Part shown: in pieces, positions 24,451 through 33,469 of the stretch
How the letters are laid out: each line of letters begins with the position of its first letter
How positions within the stretch are numbered: position 1 is the first letter of the stretch
Virus record (IMG/VR): IMGVR_UViG_3300044667_000249
Span: 1 to 44,986 of that record
Length of the DNA stretch: 44,986 nucleotides
DNA from: a virus
Taxonomy: Duplodnaviria > Caudoviricetes
Strand: one strand, 5' to 3'
Program-made: the position numbers and the translations under genes
The notes under the pieces: model-generated
The model's input: only the letters and a program-made list of their open reading frames with translations
Databases searched by the model: none
What the model was told of the DNA's origin: nothing

Positions 24451-26373
24451 TCACGCCGCACGCCGCGGGCGCATCGGCGCCCTGTTGCCGGCGCGCCGGC
24501 CCTGGGTTGTAGCCATTGCCGCTGCGGGCGAGCCGGCCGCCGGCGGCGCGGCTCCGGAACCCGCTCCGGGGATGGCGCCCGGGACCAGGCCTGCGGCCAT
24601 GCCCGCTCCGATGTCCGGCCCCATGCCAGCACCGACACCCGTACCGATTCCGGCACCGACCCCGGGCATCATCATCTCAGCTCCCGCCTCCCCGCCCATC
24701 CCGGCCGGCATCAGGGCCTGCGCCCCGCGCCCGATCGCCTCCATGCCCTTGCCGGCCTGCTCTCCCACCGCGCCGACGGCAGCGATCTCCTCGGCCATCC
24801 GGGCTGCCTCGGCCTTGGCGGCCTGCTCCTCGCGCACGGCCTGCACCGCCTCCTTGGGCTTCAGCCACTTCGCCTTGAAGCCGGCCGAGCGGGCGGCATC
24901 GCGGGTGGCCGTCTCCCAGTCCACCGCGTCCAGCACGGTCGGGTCGATCTGGGCGGAGGGCACGATGATGGTGTCGCGCACCTCGATGAAGGTGGCGGCC
25001 TCGTTCTGCTCGGCAAGCTCATCGAGGGGCGAGCGGAACTTGAACTTGATGTCCCGGCCCTGCAGGGTCTCGGGCATCTGCTCGAACGGGAAGACGTTCT
25101 CCTCCCGGAGCAGCTGGAATACCCCGTCGCACAGGGGATTGTTGTAGGTCTGCTGGATCGGCTTGGAGATGGGGGCGGCCGCGCGGATGTGCTCCTGGAT
25201 GCGCCGGCGCACCTCCGTCGCCGTCATGGCCGAGGTGGTCTCGGGAAGCTGGATCTTGTCGAGGAAGAAGCCCGCGCGGATGTCCTGCTTGAGGGCCTCG
25301 GCGATCTCCACCCCAAACGGGAAGCCGCCCTTGTCCCGGGTGATGGGGCGCAGCACGTCGCCGATCTTGTTGTCGTACTCCGCGTCCGCCGTGGTGATGC
25401 CCCCGGGGTAGAGGGCGATGTCGGAGCGGATCATGTCCATCACCCCCACCATCGGGGGGTTGACGTGCATCTCCGCCGCCTCGCGCAGGGTGCGCATCAC
25501 CACCTGCAGCGTGCGCCCGTCGGGGAGCAGCACGTCGGTCGCCATGGAGGTGGCGAACACCGAGCCCGACACCTTCTGCCACTGCGGGATGATGTAGGGG
25601 AAGTGGGTGAGCCCCACCTCCTCCAGTACGGTCTCGGACTCGATCTCCACGTAGAGCGACACGAAGGGGAACTGCTTGCCGCCCTTGGTCTTGTAGTCGT
25701 AGAGCCGTGCGGGGAGCACCACATGCCGGCAGCGGAAGGGCTTGTTGGGGTCCTTGCCCGAGGACCCCTCCCCGGTCAGCCCGCAGGCGCGCCTCACATC
25801 CTGCGAGATGGTCTTGGGGAAGTGGTGGTAGAGCTGGCGCGCCGTGGGAGCCCAGTTGCGGTGGTTGCAGTCGATCCTGCCTTCCGCGTTCTCCGACCAG
25901 ATGTTGTCGACGAGGTGGTAGTTGCGGAACAGCAGGGCATCGCGGTTGACGTTGAGCCCGAACCACAGGACCCCCTGGCCGAAGGCGGCGAAGTCGTGGT
26001 TGGTCTGGCCCCGCGCCGTCACCAGGTTGGCGATGGGGTCCATCATGGCCCGGTACTGGATGTCGTCGAGGTGCTCCAGGAACGCCCGCTCGTAGTCCCC
26101 GGCGTCGAGGTCCTCATCGTCCACGTGGATGGAGAAGAACCGCTCCGGGAACAGGAACTCGTCCAGCATGTTGCCCAGTTCGCGCCGGGCCATGGACGGG
26201 TAGGACGAGAACAGGTGGTCGGCGTACTCGTCGCCCTCGTCGCGCTTCTCGGTGAAGGTGGCGCGCTTGGGATAGAAGTTGAGCGCGATCTCCTGCCACA
26301 GCGAATCCACGTTCCGCTTGCCGGAGAACATGGCGTCGCCGTTTTTGATCACGTCGCGGGCGCGTTGTTCCAT
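24451..26373 (-). CDS. Portal (head-to-tail connector) protein
   Basis: SLWQEIALNFYP, DFAAFGQG, FPYIIPQW, MTATEVRRR and FRSPL motifs; 640 aa including a low-complexity C-terminal tail. Confidence 0.92.
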   Translation of the reverse strand: MEQRARDVIKNGDAMFSGKRNVDSLWQEIALNFYPKRATFTEKRDEGDEYADHLFSSYPSMARRELGNMLDEFLFPERFFSIHVDDEDLDAGDYERAFLEHLDDIQYRAMMDPIANLVTARGQTNHDFAAFGQGVLWFGLNVNRDALLFRNYHLVDNIWSENAEGRIDCNHRNWAPTARQLYHHFPKTISQDVRRACGLTGEGSSGKDPNKPFRCRHVVLPARLYDYKTKGGKQFPFVSLYVEIESETVLEEVGLTHFPYIIPQWQKVSGSVFATSMATDVLLPDGRTLQVVMRTLREAAEMHVNPPMVGVMDMIRSDIALYPGGITTADAEYDNKIGDVLRPITRDKGGFPFGVEIAEALKQDIRAGFFLDKIQLPETTSAMTATEVRRRIQEHIRAAAPISKPIQQTYNNPLCDGVFQLLREENVFPFEQMPETLQGRDIKFKFRSPLDELAEQNEAATFIEVRDTIIVPSAQIDPTVLDAVDWETATRDAARSAGFKAKWLKPKEAVQAVREEQAAKAEAARMAEEIAAVGAVGEQAGKGMEAIGRGAQALMPAGMGGEAGAEMMMPGVGAGIGTGVGAGMGPDIGAGMAAGLVPGAIPGAGSGAAPPAAGSPAAAMATTQGRRAGNRAPMRPRRAA

Positions 26374-26435
26374 GGGAGGCAGGCCCTACACGTCTGTGCT
26401 GTCGGCCGCGCGAGCGCGCACGTGCCCGAAACGAC

Positions 26436-26642
26436 TCACGCCCCGAGCGTCTTGCCCGAGGAGCCCACCACGTCCCCGGTCGAATCGGTGAGCATGGTGG
26501 ACAGCCGGCCGCGCCGGGCCAGCGCCTTCTCGCGCGTGCGCATGCCCGCCGCCTCCACCTCCGGGTCGAGCGCCGCCGGCATGCGGACGGGCTTGGGCGG
26601 CGGGGGCACGTTGACCTTGGGCTTGGAGAACAGGCCGGACAT
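26436..26642 (-). CDS. Small pre-portal virion protein (T7 gp7.3-like position)
   Basis: MSGLFSKPK...PPPP...RRGRLSTMLT...TLG pattern; ATG at 26642. Confidence 0.75.
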   Translation of the reverse strand: MSGLFSKPKVNVPPPPKPVRMPAALDPEVEAAGMRTREKALARRGRLSTMLTDSTGDVVGSSGKTLGA

Positions 26643-26887
26643 GGGGGCTCGTGTCCTTCTCGAATCGGAGAACGGTTGGAGACGCTGCCGGTCAGTGGCC
26701 GGGACGCCGCTTGGCATTGGCGTAGGCCAGGTGCACCGTGGGCGCAGGGTGCTCGGGGAAGAAGTCGGCGCGCTGCTCGCCCGGGATCACCTCGGGCAGC
26801 CACTCCACCTCGGGGAGGGGAAGGGCCCTTGGCGAGCGGTTGGGGGAGCGGGTGGCGGAGCGGGCGGCAGCGCGTTCGATGGGGCGA

Positions 26888-28474
26888 TCAGCGCCGGCCG
26901 GCCGGCCGGAGCCCGTAGTGTCGCTTGGCATTGGCGTATCCCAGCACCACCTTGGGCGGTGCGCTGCGCGTCAGCGCGCGTTTCACGGCGGCATCGCCGG
27001 GAGCAAGGCACATCACGACAGCCTCGCCGCGGTCCGGCGAGCGGCCGATGCGCTCCTTGATCTTCTCCTTGTCCTCGATCTGGATGCCGTTGGGCTTCAG
27101 CATGAAGCGGAACGAGGCCAGGTCCGACTTCAACTCCGGGTCGGGCGGCAGAGCGATGGCCGAGCCGCCCTCCTGGGTCGGGTCGAGGGCTTCGCGGAAC
27201 TTCCAGATGGTCTCCGCCCGCTTGTTGACGAACCGCAGCTGGCCATCGCGCGTCGTGGCCGTCGACGGACCCACGCCCATGTAGGTGACGACGACGATGC
27301 CGTTGTCCTTGAGCGCGATGGAGGCATCGCCGCCCCAGCCGCCGCCGAGGTCCACCACGACCGGGCAGTTGTCGCGCCGGTGCGTGACCACCGCGGCGGC
27401 CGTCAGGCGCCCCGTCTTGTCCACCTCGCGCGCCACGTCGAGCGGCGGATACCAACCCCCGTAGCGGCAGGCGATGACTCGCTTGTCTCCCCCGCCCGGC
27501 GCCACGTCCACCGCCATGGCGGTCATGGCGTACCCCTGCGGCGGCTTGTCGGTCCACCTCTGCTGGGCGGCATCGATCCAGGCGGTGGGGATCACCTGCC
27601 ATTCGTCGTCCTTCAGCCCCAGCGTGAAGTCGCCGCCACGGTAGACCTTGCGCAACGCCTCCGGAAGGCTCTCCAGGCGGTCGCCGTAATCGGTCTCGGC
27701 AAGGTCCGGGTTGTCCTCCAGGCGCGAGCGGATGAAGGTGCGCGAGGTGGCCTTCACCGGCTTGCCGCGCACCTCGTGCGGGCCGGGCCCGTCGAACTCC
27801 ACGTCCTCATCGGCCACCCGGATGTACCAGCGCAATTCCCCGTCCTTGGCGGGGTTGGGGTGCTTGGGATCGAGCCAGGCCGCCCAGCGCTTGACGATCC
27901 ACATGCCCTCCGCCGTGGTGGGGCCGTTGGTGGCGCCGACGATGCGGCAGCGCTGGGCAGGATCGACGGAGCGGTTCCAGGTGTTGATGAAGACGTACTG
28001 GCTCTCCAGGAAGTCGGCCAATTCGTCATAGCCGATGAAGTCGCGCGCCTTGCCCTTGTAGCGCTGCTTGTCCTTTTCGAGCTCGCAGCCGCGGAACTCG
28101 ATCAGCTTGTTGTCTGCACCGCGCCAGGTCGGCGGGTGGCGGGTGAAGCCCTGGTCGGAGCCCAGCACCTCCAGGAGACGGTCGCCCAGCTCCACAGCGT
28201 CCTGGTTGATGCGGCGCAGGATGCGGGCGCGCTTGTGCTCGTTGAGGGCGAGCCCGATCAGCAGGTCCGACTTGCCGCCCCCAGCCTCGCCGCCGTACAG
28301 CAATTCGTCCGCATCGCAATAGTAGGCCGCCGTCTGCGGCCCCGGGTTCGGCTTCCACTTCCCGAGCCGGGGCTGCACCAAGGGATGGCTGGCGATCGCC
28401 TTCAGCTGCTCAGGCGGGAGCGCCCCGAGAAGGCGCTCGATCGCCTTCAGGTCGGCCAGGGTTGCTGTGGACAT
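26888..28474 (-). CDS. terL: Terminase large subunit
   Basis: Walker A YGGEAGGGKS, Walker B IGYDEL, GATNG coupling motif, nuclease AVDVA and C-terminal GRSPDRGEAV. Confidence 0.95.
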   Translation of the reverse strand: MSTATLADLKAIERLLGALPPEQLKAIASHPLVQPRLGKWKPNPGPQTAAYYCDADELLYGGEAGGGKSDLLIGLALNEHKRARILRRINQDAVELGDRLLEVLGSDQGFTRHPPTWRGADNKLIEFRGCELEKDKQRYKGKARDFIGYDELADFLESQYVFINTWNRSVDPAQRCRIVGATNGPTTAEGMWIVKRWAAWLDPKHPNPAKDGELRWYIRVADEDVEFDGPGPHEVRGKPVKATSRTFIRSRLEDNPDLAETDYGDRLESLPEALRKVYRGGDFTLGLKDDEWQVIPTAWIDAAQQRWTDKPPQGYAMTAMAVDVAPGGGDKRVIACRYGGWYPPLDVAREVDKTGRLTAAAVVTHRRDNCPVVVDLGGGWGGDASIALKDNGIVVVTYMGVGPSTATTRDGQLRFVNKRAETIWKFREALDPTQEGGSAIALPPDPELKSDLASFRFMLKPNGIQIEDKEKIKERIGRSPDRGEAVVMCLAPGDAAVKRALTRSAPPKVVLGYANAKRHYGLRPAGRR

Positions 28475-28478
28475 GGGA

Positions 28479-28982
28479 TCAAAGAGCGGCGAGTGCCGCG
28501 TAGTTCTCTCTCAGGCGCTCCAGGTCGCCGGCGCTCATCTCGTGGTCGATGAACCACTGCTCGCCCCAGGCCGGCGCCCACACATGGCGCGCCTCGCGCG
28601 TCACGGGTATCTCCGCGATTCCCATCGCCAGAGCACAAGCGACGCGGTGCGCTCCGCCGAGCAATTCCCCATCCGGGTCGATCGGCACGGCCCCTGCGGG
28701 CAGGAACCCTCTCAGCACCATGGAGGCGTAGAGGCCGCCGGCCGCCGCTACGTAGTGGTCAGTGTCCACTTTGCCGTCCATGCCGAGGCCGATGCTGGCG
28801 TTGGCGGCCTTGCGCCGTTCGATGTGCCAGCGGTAGACGCGCTCGGCGTCTGGGTCATTGCCACCAAGGAGGTGGCGAAAGAACCGGGTCTTGATCGCAA
28901 GGTCCCATCGTCTGGGTGTGACCAGCGACCTTGTAGCGATAGTCGCGGGGCAGCGACTGGTGCTGCTTGGCGGCGAACTCAA
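28479..28982 (-). CDS. ParB/Srx-like domain protein
   Basis: RWDLAIK...ASMVLRGF...VPIDPDGELLGGAHRVACAL (GxHR). There is no ATG near the expected start; TTG at 28982 or 29030 are candidates, and both overlap the kinase 3' end. Confidence 0.65.
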   Translation of the reverse strand: MSSPPSSTSRCPATIATRSLVTPRRWDLAIKTRFFRHLLGGNDPDAERVYRWHIERRKAANASIGLGMDGKVDTDHYVAAAGGLYASMVLRGFLPAGAVPIDPDGELLGGAHRVACALAMGIAEIPVTREARHVWAPAWGEQWFIDHEMSAGDLERLRENYAALAAL

Positions 28983-29634
28983 TGAGCTGGGCTCGCGCCT
29001 TGTCCACTGGTCCGCTGGTGTCCACTTCAAGGACCTCTACTCCCCTCTCCCGCAGCACCTCGACGGCCACCTCGATCGCCGGCTGCATCAGCCCCACCAT
29101 GTGGGCCCGATCCTCGTGCGCGGTGGCGGCCACAGTGCGGCGGACGTGATTGCGCTGCTCCACGATCTCCTGGGGGCACCGGGTCACCGCCACGCCCAGA
29201 GAGACGGGCATGAGGCGGAAGTAGTGCTTAATCTCCGCGAGGTCCTTGCCCATGTGGTTGAGGCGCCAGCCGAAGCCCAACCCGCGCTGGACGAGGCCGG
29301 TCTGGATGTAGGGCTTGGCGGGGTCACATGCGACCGTTTCCTTGGACACCGGCCCGCATGACTCCCACCCCCGAATAACGGTTGCAGGAACCACGCTCGG
29401 CATCCGCGCCACCGTCGCCATCTTCCGCACCGAGCGGTTCACCATCCGCAACGCGGCAGGGTAGGTGGGGTGCGGCTTGATGAGGTGGAAGAGGCGGGTG
29501 ATCTCGTTGAGGAAGTCGTGCCAAGCGGCAGGCGGCAGGCGGTCCTCGATCGGAAGAGCGTGCGGCCCCCAGAGAGGGTCACACAGCGTGGATTTGCCGG
29601 AGCCTGGGGGGCCGGCTACGTCGAGCCAGTTCAT
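28855..29634 (-). CDS. P-loop kinase-like protein
   Basis: N-terminal GPPGSGKST and a lid-like CPQEIVEQRN..R segment. Confidence 0.75.
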   Translation of the reverse strand: MNWLDVAGPPGSGKSTLCDPLWGPHALPIEDRLPPAAWHDFLNEITRLFHLIKPHPTYPAALRMVNRSVRKMATVARMPSVVPATVIRGWESCGPVSKETVACDPAKPYIQTGLVQRGLGFGWRLNHMGKDLAEIKHYFRLMPVSLGVAVTRCPQEIVEQRNHVRRTVAATAHEDRAHMVGLMQPAIEVAVEVLRERGVEVLEVDTSGPVDKARAQLIEFAAKQHQSLPRDYRYKVAGHTQTMGPCDQDPVLSPPPWWQ

Positions 29635-29855
29635 GTGGCTTTGCCCTTGTAGCGCAAGTCGGGCAAGCCGGCTTCATTGAGGATGGCATCCAACCGCTTG
29701 GTGCGCTCCTCTGACGGAAGAGCAAAGATGGTCCCGTCCGCGCAAGCCTGGTCGACGAATCCGCTCAATTGGTCGAGTCCCCACACCCGGTCCGCGATGA
29801 GGGCGATCAGATCCTGCTCTATGATCGTCCAGCCTGCAGGTCGCTCTGCCTTCAT
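29631..29855 (-). CDS. Hypothetical protein (74 aa)
   Basis: ATGA overlaps with both neighbours. Confidence 0.65.
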   Translation of the reverse strand: MKAERPAGWTIIEQDLIALIADRVWGLDQLSGFVDQACADGTIFALPSEERTKRLDAILNEAGLPDLRYKGKAT

Positions 29856-30265
29856 GTCACCACTCGCTGCAGCCTTTCACGCGAGAAGCGCTTATATCGT
29901 CGCACCGCTTCTCGTGAGAAGTTGTGCTCCTGGCACCCGTCATCCCACGCCGCGACGATATCGGTCTCGTTGCCGTCCACCACCGTCATCACCGGCCCGA
30001 CTCCACCGACCAGGGTGCACTCGTCCCCAACCTGCAGGGGCGGATCGTCGGGCGGCACCTGCTCGTCCCGCGCTACGTTGGCACTGGCGCGCATCAGCGG
30101 CTTGGAGAACGTCCGGTTCGGCTTGGTGGTCACCAGGTCGAGCGGCGGATCGTCGCTCATCTCACGCAGGCGCTTGCGCGCATGCAGCGCGATCACGGCG
30201 ATGAACAGGAGCACCCCACCGAGCGTGACAAGACCCATCAGCAATGCAAGGCTGTGCTTGCTCAT
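29852..30265 (-). CDS. Membrane-anchored protein with YodC/DUF2158-like C-terminal domain
   Basis: N-terminal hydrophobic helix; LQVGDECTL.GG.GPVMTV...AW...F pattern; ATGA-coupled. Confidence 0.65.
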   Translation of the reverse strand: MSKHSLALLMGLVTLGGVLLFIAVIALHARKRLREMSDDPPLDLVTTKPNRTFSKPLMRASANVARDEQVPPDDPPLQVGDECTLVGGVGPVMTVVDGNETDIVAAWDDGCQEHNFSREAVRRYKRFSRERLQRVVT

Positions 30266-30798
30266 CCCAGCGTCACATCCAGCTGCTTGTCCTTGGGCAG
30301 CCCCATCGCCCCATCCGCCCAGATGATGGCCGCAAGGTCCCCCTCCTCACCCCGCATGTCGGCGATGTAGTCCGACACCTGCTCCGCCGTCACCCGGTCC
30401 CCCTTCTTGTTCCGGGCGTACCCCTCCTTGTCGATGTAGAAGGGGTGAGGGATGACGACGGGCTTGGGGGCGTCCGGCACGGGGTCGACTGCTCCGTTCA
30501 ATGCCGCGCCGTTGCGCATGAACTTGCCGGGCGGGGCGGTCTGCAGCGGGTTGGGCGCCAGCATCTGGCCGGGCAGCGCGGGTGCGGCCCCATGCCCCTG
30601 GTGCGTGTCATGGCACTTGCACGCCAGCCGCTCCGCCGCATTCCCCCCGTACACGGTGCCGAAGGCCATGGCCATCATGTTGAGCCAGGCCAATTGCCTA
30701 TCCACGTCCCAGGCCTTGTCGGCCGGGGGGAGCTTGGCGATCATGGCCGCGAACAAGGGATCAGCCAGGGCAGAGGCGGATTTCTTGGGGCGGGGCAT
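30262..30798 (-). CDS. Hypothetical protein (178 aa)
   Basis: Translationally coupled on both sides; MIAKLPP...W...WL.M..MAF..VYG core. Confidence 0.7.
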   Translation of the reverse strand: MPRPKKSASALADPLFAAMIAKLPPADKAWDVDRQLAWLNMMAMAFGTVYGGNAAERLACKCHDTHQGHGAAPALPGQMLAPNPLQTAPPGKFMRNGAALNGAVDPVPDAPKPVVIPHPFYIDKEGYARNKKGDRVTAEQVSDYIADMRGEEGDLAAIIWADGAMGLPKDKQLDVTLG

Positions 30799-31517
30799 CA
30801 GACCGGCCTCAATTCGATGATCCGATAGTCCTCATCCGCCACCGCCCCCTTCGGGGTATCCTTGCCCCCCGGCACATCCCGGTGGATCGCCCACCCATCG
30901 AGCGCCCCCGTGATCACGTCATAGGGGCAGGCCACCGGGTGGTTCGCCACCCGCGCCGTGAGCACGATACGCTGCCTTGCGACCCGCTGCATCTCCTTCA
31001 GCATCGCCTGCACGCCCTCGGCCCCGTGCTCCCCCATGAGCCAGCGGGTGATGCGCACGTTGACGGCCACGTCCACGCTCTTGTCGTAGAGCGAGGTGCC
31101 CCGGACATCGCCCTGGGCGAACATCCACTGGGCCACGTCCCCCACCATGGCGTTGGGGTCAGCGACCTTCTGGGCCGCCAGCGTGATCATGTCGGCGGAG
31201 GCATCGAGCCCGCGCACGACGAAGCCCTTGGCCGCGTAGAAGTCGAAGAACCGACCCGTCCCGCACGGGGCATCCAGCACCCACATGCCCAATGGGAGGT
31301 CGGCGAGGAAGGACTCGACGGCCGCCTGCTCCACTCTCCACTTGGCGCTGCCGGAGCGCTTGGCGTCGTAGCCCTTGGCCACGTCACCCACGTACTTGTG
31401 GGGGCCGCCGGCGGCTGGCTGGGTCTCGGGCTGCCGGCCCTGCTGTGCCGCGCGGATGCGCTCCTGCGCCTTGGCGAGGTCGACCGGAGGCAGGTAGGAG
31501 ATGAGGGGGCGGTTCAC
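30798..31517 (-). CDS. Class I SAM-dependent methyltransferase
   Basis: VLDAPCGTGRF, GLDASADMI, QGDV and LKEMQRVAR motifs; GTG start at 31517 overlaps the upstream stop. Confidence 0.88.
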   Translation of the reverse strand: MNRPLISYLPPVDLAKAQERIRAAQQGRQPETQPAAGGPHKYVGDVAKGYDAKRSGSAKWRVEQAAVESFLADLPLGMWVLDAPCGTGRFFDFYAAKGFVVRGLDASADMITLAAQKVADPNAMVGDVAQWMFAQGDVRGTSLYDKSVDVAVNVRITRWLMGEHGAEGVQAMLKEMQRVARQRIVLTARVANHPVACPYDVITGALDGWAIHRDVPGGKDTPKGAVADEDYRIIELRPV

Positions 31518-32011
31518 GGGTTGGCGTTCCTCACAAGCTGCCACGCCTTCATGAGCTGGTCGTAGACATCCGGCGCTGCGGCGCGAACGGCGTCCCACGG
31601 CGACATCGGCCGGGCATCAATGCAGTCCTGCTCCTCGTCGTACCAGCAAAGGTAGATGCGGGGCGGCCTCACCAGATGGCCCGCGACCGTGCGCCTATCA
31701 TCCCGCGGATCAATGAGGAGCCACGGCACGGCATAGAGGATGATCGCATCGCTCGGCACAGGAAGCGCACCGCCCAGCGTCAGCTGGCCGGCAAGCTCCG
31801 CCGCTATGGTCTTGGAGAAAGGAGGCGACGATCGCCGGACAAGCAGGCGCAGCGCATCCGGAAATGCTGCAGGCGCGATCCGAGTGATCTCCCGGTTCGG
31901 CGCCTCCGGCATGTGCTGCCGGATCACCGCCTCGATCTCCTCCACCCTGGGGGAGCGCGGGGCGCTGTTGATGAGCGCGGAGATGGCTTGTGCGAGGTCC
32001 TTCATCGGCAC
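31514..32011 (-). CDS. Hypothetical protein
   Basis: Coupled to neighbours; alternative ATG at 32005. Confidence 0.6.
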   Translation of the reverse strand: MPMKDLAQAISALINSAPRSPRVEEIEAVIRQHMPEAPNREITRIAPAAFPDALRLLVRRSSPPFSKTIAAELAGQLTLGGALPVPSDAIILYAVPWLLIDPRDDRRTVAGHLVRPPRIYLCWYDEEQDCIDARPMSPWDAVRAAAPDVYDQLMKAWQLVRNANP

Positions 32012-32245
32012 TCAGGCCTTCTTCGTCGCGCACCAGGGGCAGCGGTGCACGGGCGGCTGGCCGATCCCAAAGTACGCCTTGGCGCCCTCCTGATCGGCCG
32101 GCAGATAGTGCACGAGCGCCGAGTGACCCTCGTTGTCCGTGCCCCACTCGTGCGCCTTCGCCCACGCCTCACAGCAGGGCTGCTTGACGGGGCGTCCGGT
32201 CCCTTCCGGCGCCTGGGGCGCCTCCGGCTTGGTTTCGTCGCTCAC
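32012..32245 (-). CDS. Small Cys-rich (CC...CPWC) protein
   Basis: 77 aa, ATGA-coupled, possible zinc-binding motif. Confidence 0.65.
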   Translation of the reverse strand: MSDETKPEAPQAPEGTGRPVKQPCCEAWAKAHEWGTDNEGHSALVHYLPADQEGAKAYFGIGQPPVHRCPWCATKKA

Positions 32246-32952
32246 CAGTAGTGCTCCTTGATCCAGGGATGCAGCGCCTGCGTCTCAGCCTGTGACGGCT
32301 CACGCGCCCCAGGGAAGCTCACGATGCAGGCGTTGTCGGGAAGCTCCGACCCGACGCCCTTCCCGCCCAGCCGCCCGGCGCCATAGACGCCGTCCCGCTC
32401 CGCGGTGAAGTGCGCCTCGTTCCACTCCAGCCGCTCGGAGAGCCAGGCCTGCTCCCGCCCGCCAAAGCGCCAGTTCATCCACTTGGGCGTCTCGGCGGGA
32501 TCGAAGTCTGCCCAGAGACCGGGCCGTGCGCCGGCTGAGAAGAGCTGCACCGACGACTGATAGAACGCCCGCTGGGGGGCGGGCCAGTTGGGATTGCGCC
32601 ATAGCACGATGTCCTCTGCCCGGGACACCAGCGCATCGAGGCTGCCCGTGATCACCACGTCGAGGTCGAGGGAGAGCACGCGCTCCCCGAGGTTCTGCCG
32701 GCACCAGTCCGGATTGTGCTGCATCAGGCGGATGCAGACCGTTCCGGGCACATGCTTGCGCCAGTCGAGCGGAACCGTCTCAATGTCCTCTATGGCCTCG
32801 TCGGCGACGCAGACGAAGCGATGGGGGACAGAGAGGTTGCGGCGGACCATGTTGCGGAGCACCCGCACATGGTCATGGTTGAAGGTGTAGCCGCGGCGCT
32901 GGCTGTCGCGGGCGGGATCGCGCCAGAGGTAGGTGGCGACGCACAAGGTCAT
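32242..32952 (-). CDS. GT-A-fold glycosyltransferase-like protein (paralog 1)
   Basis: TYLW...LRNMVRRNLSVPHRFVCVAD, VLSLDLDVVITG (DxD), YQSSV, EQAWLS and IVSFPG motifs; ATG at 32952. Confidence 0.82.
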   Translation of the reverse strand: MTLCVATYLWRDPARDSQRRGYTFNHDHVRVLRNMVRRNLSVPHRFVCVADEAIEDIETVPLDWRKHVPGTVCIRLMQHNPDWCRQNLGERVLSLDLDVVITGSLDALVSRAEDIVLWRNPNWPAPQRAFYQSSVQLFSAGARPGLWADFDPAETPKWMNWRFGGREQAWLSERLEWNEAHFTAERDGVYGAGRLGGKGVGSELPDNACIVSFPGAREPSQAETQALHPWIKEHYW

Positions 32953-33155
32953 TGCTCGACCGGTGAGGCTTGCAACGGCAACGGAACTTCCAGCCGCAGC
33001 GGTGGATCGCTGCCCGTCGGCACCATGATCCAACGCTGGCTGCCCATGTCGCCCTGCCAGAGCTGCTCCAGGACGCGATCGTACCTGATACCGACCACGG
33101 CCCAGCGCCAGCGCAGGTGCATCGTCGGCACGTAGTGCTCGGTCTCCTCGCTCAT
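32949..33155 (-). CDS. Hypothetical protein (68 aa)
   Basis: ATG at 33155 overlaps the upstream stop; LRW...VLEQLW...W..VP pattern. Confidence 0.6.
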   Translation of the reverse strand: MSEETEHYVPTMHLRWRWAVVGIRYDRVLEQLWQGDMGSQRWIMVPTGSDPPLRLEVPLPLQASPVEQ

Positions 33156-33469
33156 GCGGGCGCCGCCCAGTGCTCGAACCCGCCCTGCCGCGCTTCCTCC
33201 TGCAGGGCGACCAACTCGGCTGCAGTAACGTCCTGCAGCCACAGCTCCAGGTAGGTCCACTTCACCACCGTTAACGGTCCTACGATGATACGGCCGTCCG
33301 CCGTCTGCGGCGTGCACCAGTAGCAATCGTGGGCCGGCACGTAGCCGGCGCGCCAGTTGGCCTTGTTCGCCACCAGCTTGCCGTAGAACTCCTCGCCCAT
33401 CTCCCGGACGTAGAGGGAGAGGCGGGCCTCGGCGAGGTCGCGGAGCTTGTCTCTGGCCTCCTCGATCAC
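33152..33469 (-). CDS. Hypothetical protein (105 aa)
   Basis: GTGA/ATGA coupling with neighbours. Confidence 0.65.
   Translation of the reverse strand: MIEEARDKLRDLAEARLSLYVREMGEEFYGKLVANKANWRAGYVPAHDCYWCTPQTADGRIIVGPLTVVKWTYLELWLQDVTAAELVALQEEARQGGFEHWAAPA

Noticed and set aside
14374-28552. Other long plus-strand ORFs (14374..16572, 18192..19901, 24169..27060, 26738..28552)
   Set aside because: They are shadows or off-frame readings of well-supported genes in high-GC DNA.
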